From assembly GCF_009914755.1 (NCBI RefSeq), contig NC_060944.1: a stretch of 64,000 nt of DNA; one strand, given 5' to 3'. Shown here one piece after another: positions 60,556-64,000 of this stretch. The stretch is from the human T2T-CHM13v2.0 reference genome, Homo sapiens. Under the pieces are notes generated by a model. That model saw nothing but the letters and a program-made list of their open reading frames with translations, made no database searches and was not told the DNA's origin. Numbering within the stretch: the first letter of the stretch is position 1; every line of letters begins with the position of its first letter. Position numbers and translations under genes: made by a program.

Positions 60556-62329
60556 CTGGGGCTTTTTGCAAATATAACCAACCCAGTCACCGCCCCTGGG
60601 AGAATGGTGACTTGGCTGCTGCGGGTGATGTGCCCTCACCCATCCTGTGCCCAAGAGGGGCTGGCAGAGGGAGGGCCTTTTGCCTGCGTTTTGAAGGCAG
60701 ACCTTCAGGGTCTCAGCTGGCTCTTCTGTGTCCCCTCCATGTTCTGTTTGACTGCAGGCATCCCCATGGTCCCCTGAGAAGGACAGGGCACAAGGGAACG
60801 AGGGGCGGGCAGGGGCCCAGGGGCCGGGCAACAGAGGCTGGGCTATCACCACCAGAGAGGGCATCCCAGGGAAGCTGCTTGGGAATTCTGGGGGTTGGAG
60901 TAGGAGGAGGAGGATTCTCTGGGGGCTGACCAGTTTTGCACACACTTGCCACCCACTTCTGCCTGAGCGCTAGGGCTGCAAGCACGTCTTCCTGGTCCGC
61001 GCCTGCCCCCAGGATTTCCCCACTGTGCTCCCAGAGCCTGCCCGCCCATAGTTGGTCCGGCTAGACTCCAGAGCAGGGGGCAGGACACAGGCCTCGAAGC
61101 TTTGGAAAATGACTTAGTGGCAGTGGGGGCTTCCCGCAGTCTTCCAGGGAGGGGCAGAGAGCATTTTCCTGAGCCCCAGAAAGTGTGGCCGTGACAGCAG
61201 CAGGCCTGAGTCCTCTCCAGTACAAGGCAGGCAGGACGCCAGCGGCTGGGCCTGCTGATGAATGCGGGGGGCTCCACACGCGTGGGGGTCCACCGTGGGT
61301 CATTCTTCCGAGTTTTTTCCTCATCTCACTTCCAATACAGAAAGCTTGCCCCGCCCTTCCTTTGGCAACTGGGCTAATGGCCGTTGCTGAAATTTTTAGG
61401 CAGTTTACCTTCTGCGGATTCACTTCTCTTTAAACTTCAGACCATGAATCGCATAAGAAAAAGCACTCCCAGAGCCTCTCAATGGAATGTGGCAACAGCA
61501 GAGCCAGTGTGAAAAGGCAGAAAGTGGCTCCTATTTAATCTGGGAGAGTTTGGCTCCAATCATTAAAAATGAAAGAGAGAAAAGAAGTTTCTTTTTAAGA
61601 GAGAGACCTGCTAGGGCTCTTGTTCCATTAATAAGCCAAGTGATTTTTAAATGAGGATCTTTGCTTGAATAATTCGTTTTATCATTTACCAACTAAAATG
61701 GAACATCAATCCCTGTTCCCGTCGCAGGGCTGTCCCCGGCAGCCTTGCTGCCTTTTACTTGTCTCTGAGCCCAGCGAGCGTGGCCTTTTGTCTATCTTTG
61801 CGAGGCTCTGGCCTCTCTTCCACGGGGCTTTCAGCCCAGCTGTGGCCTAGGATGGAAGGCAGGAGACAAGGCTGCCCGTCCCACCTGCTCTTCTCCCAGC
61901 GCCTGGAGGCTCCAGAGTTCCACGCCCTCCCCTGGTGCCCCAGACTCCTGAGTCGCTCCGTCACTGTGAAGCACCAGGTGCCTGAACCCCAGAGGGAAGC
62001 CCAGGAAGCCTCCACAGGGGCGGTAGAATGCCAGGCTTTGCAGGAAGATTCTACCACCAGGCTGCATGGAGGGCAGCTAGCTGGGGGCCCACCCTCCCTG
62101 AGCTGCACCAGGGCCGGGCCACTCACCTCCCCTGATGGTCCCCTGCAAAGACTGCAGCAGCCTCTGCCAGTTCTGATCCACCCCTCGGCGTGCAGAGATC
62201 ACCTGGACTCCAGTCCAGCAAAGGTTCCTGGGTCCATTCGGGGGCAGGCAGGGGAGCCTCAGTTTGGGGTTTTTGTTTGTTTTGCCTTCTTTGCTTTTTG
62301 CTTTTGTTTGTTTTTCTTCAAGTTCTGCT

Positions 62330-62560
62330 TTTTAACTTTTTATTTTGAAATATGTAATCATGATTCATGGAGAGTTGTAAGGATAGCACAGGGGTCCCAA
62401 GCACCCTCTCCCAGGAAAGGGGCACGAGGAAGCTAGTGAGGGGATGCGCGTGTGTGTCTGACTCTGCCGTTTATCACACGGGTGTATCTGTTTAACCGTT
62501 CTTAGGCTGCATAGCCGCTCCCACGACCAGAGAGACCTCCCCTACCCGCAGCCCTGAGGC
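62330..62560 (-). mobile_element. Old L1 (L1MD/MC-like) 3' terminal fragment
   Basis: TTTAACTTTTTATTTTGAAATA...AGTTGTAAGGATAGCACAG. Confidence 0.55.
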
Positions 62561-62943
62561 TGAATCTGGGTGCTCAGTGCCCACCCTGGATCTCCTCTGA
62601 GGGTATCTGTGAAGCTGAACATCCCAGTGTGAACGTTGGAGGTGCCCTTAAGAACTGCCTTGGTTACCTGCTTTTACCTGAAGCTGCAGCTCTTTCTCAC
62701 CCCTGTGTCTCAGCTCTTGGCAGTAACTCCAAGAAGCTGTCCTGTCACTGCCCTATGTCAGCTTTTCTGTGAATTTCACCTTCCTTTTTTTCTCTTTTAT
62801 TTTTTATTTTTACTTCTACGTACTTTCTTCATGTCATGCTCCCATTCTCCCTTAACAAGCATCTAAACCATATAAAATATTAGCTTTGTTCTCTTCTAGC
62901 ATAAAGCATCTGTGACATGGTAAGAAAAATGACATGAAAATAT

Positions 62944-63253
62944 GGCTGGGTGTGGTGGCTCATGCCTGTAATCCCAGCGCTTTGGGAGGCGGAGGCGGGC
63001 GGATCACCTGAGGTCAGGAGTTCGAGACCAGCTTGGCCAACATGGTGAAACCCCATCTCTACTAAAAATCCAAAAATTAGCCGGACATGGTGGTGGGTGC
63101 CTGAAAGCCCAGCTATTCGGGAGGCTGAGGCAGGAGAATCGCTGGAAGGAGCCCAGAACCAGGAGGCGGAGGCTGCAGTGAGCCGAGATCGTGCCACTGC
63201 ACTCCAGCCTGGGCAACAAGAATAAAACTCCGTCTAAAAAAAAAAAAAAAAAA
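62944..63253 (+). mobile_element. AluSq/Sx-like with a ~10 bp insertion in the right arm
   Basis: Full Alu with GGCAACAAGA; extra bases in GAATCGCTGGAAGGAGCCCAGAACC. Confidence 0.95.
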
Positions 63254-63619
63254 TGAAGAGAGGAGAGGAGAAGAGTCGGGGAGTGAGATCACAGACATGA
63301 GGCTAATTAGGAAGTTGAAAGACAGCCAAAAATCTGAAAAAGAACAGCATCCACTATAGACGAGTGGAAGGGGGCACACATTGTTGAGGGAAGGCCCCAC
63401 ATATAAGGTGCTGATCTATGGATCGGCTGCCCCCTTCACACTTTCTTCCTGATCTCATGGCAGCCCTGAGTAAACACTTACCTCGATGAGTATTTCCTGC
63501 TCACCACATTGCTGAATGAATGAATCCTAAAGGAGAAATGAGATTTGTGTGGTGGCTTTCTAGGGAGAGTGTGTCCTGGCAAACGGGAACCCCTTGTGTT
63601 CTGTAGAATATCCTAATGG

Positions 63620-63830
63620 ATTTGAATATGGCAAGGGTGTTAAAAGCATAGGAGAACTGCTGAGATATGAACAGAAGAGCAGGAAGTGTTTTGAACTCTC
63701 TGGGAGGACACTTTGGAAGGAAGTATAATGGATGGAGGAGAGCTGGGAGGGCAGCCGGGTGACATGGAGACCAACAATGGGAAGGGCCCTGGTAGTTCCC
63801 AGGGTATTGGCTGAAGAACCTGGTGAAATA
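63620..63830 (-). mobile_element. L2 fragment
   Basis: GGAGGACACTTTGG...AATGGATGGAGG...GGAGACCA...GGTAGTTCCCAGG resembles reverse L2. Confidence 0.45.
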
Positions 63831-64000
63831 TAAAGATACCTGTCATTCAATTTGAGGCACAATGTGCACGTAAACCTTTCCTTTCTTCCTCTCTGCCCAC
63901 ATTGTGAGTTAAATCCTTTGAAAATGGGTTGGTTTCTGGTTTTACTTCGACATCTGGGTAGATGCAATGCAAAACAGAGGTGCTCTATGGGAGATGGATG

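Overview
Non-coding primate (human-like) genomic DNA. It is GC-rich and repeat-dense, with Alu, L1, L2, MIR, MaLR/ERVL LTRs, hAT and Tigger DNA transposons and many mini/microsatellites. It is most consistent with a very large intron or intergenic stretch of a GC-rich, distal chromosome band; I cannot name the locus from sequence alone. I find no intact protein-coding exon, RNA gene or CRISPR array, and the long ORFs in the track come from tandem repeats or TE sequence. The most notable items are: (1) a ~2.6 kb, heavily decayed hAT-Tip100/ZMYM1-type transposase relic (about 32330-34945, minus strand) with a possible intron in its dimerization domain; (2) two locally templated insertions with repair-type junctions, namely a 93%-identical inverted copy of part of a MER21 LTR placed 2.6 kb away, and a ~200 bp copy inside a MIR flanked by CATTTGATCCT repeats that belongs to a three-member local family; (3) a twin-primed inverted L1PA3-like insertion with a perfect 15-bp TSD; (4) an L1MA whose ORF1 start is fused to the ORF2 end; (5) minisatellites apparently seeded from TE ends, one forming a GATA-site array; (6) several AT-rich non-repeat islands that look like enhancers. 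TE family and subfamily calls come from recalled consensus sequences and need Dfam/RepeatMasker confirmation. I see no convincing evidence of a wholly new biological system.
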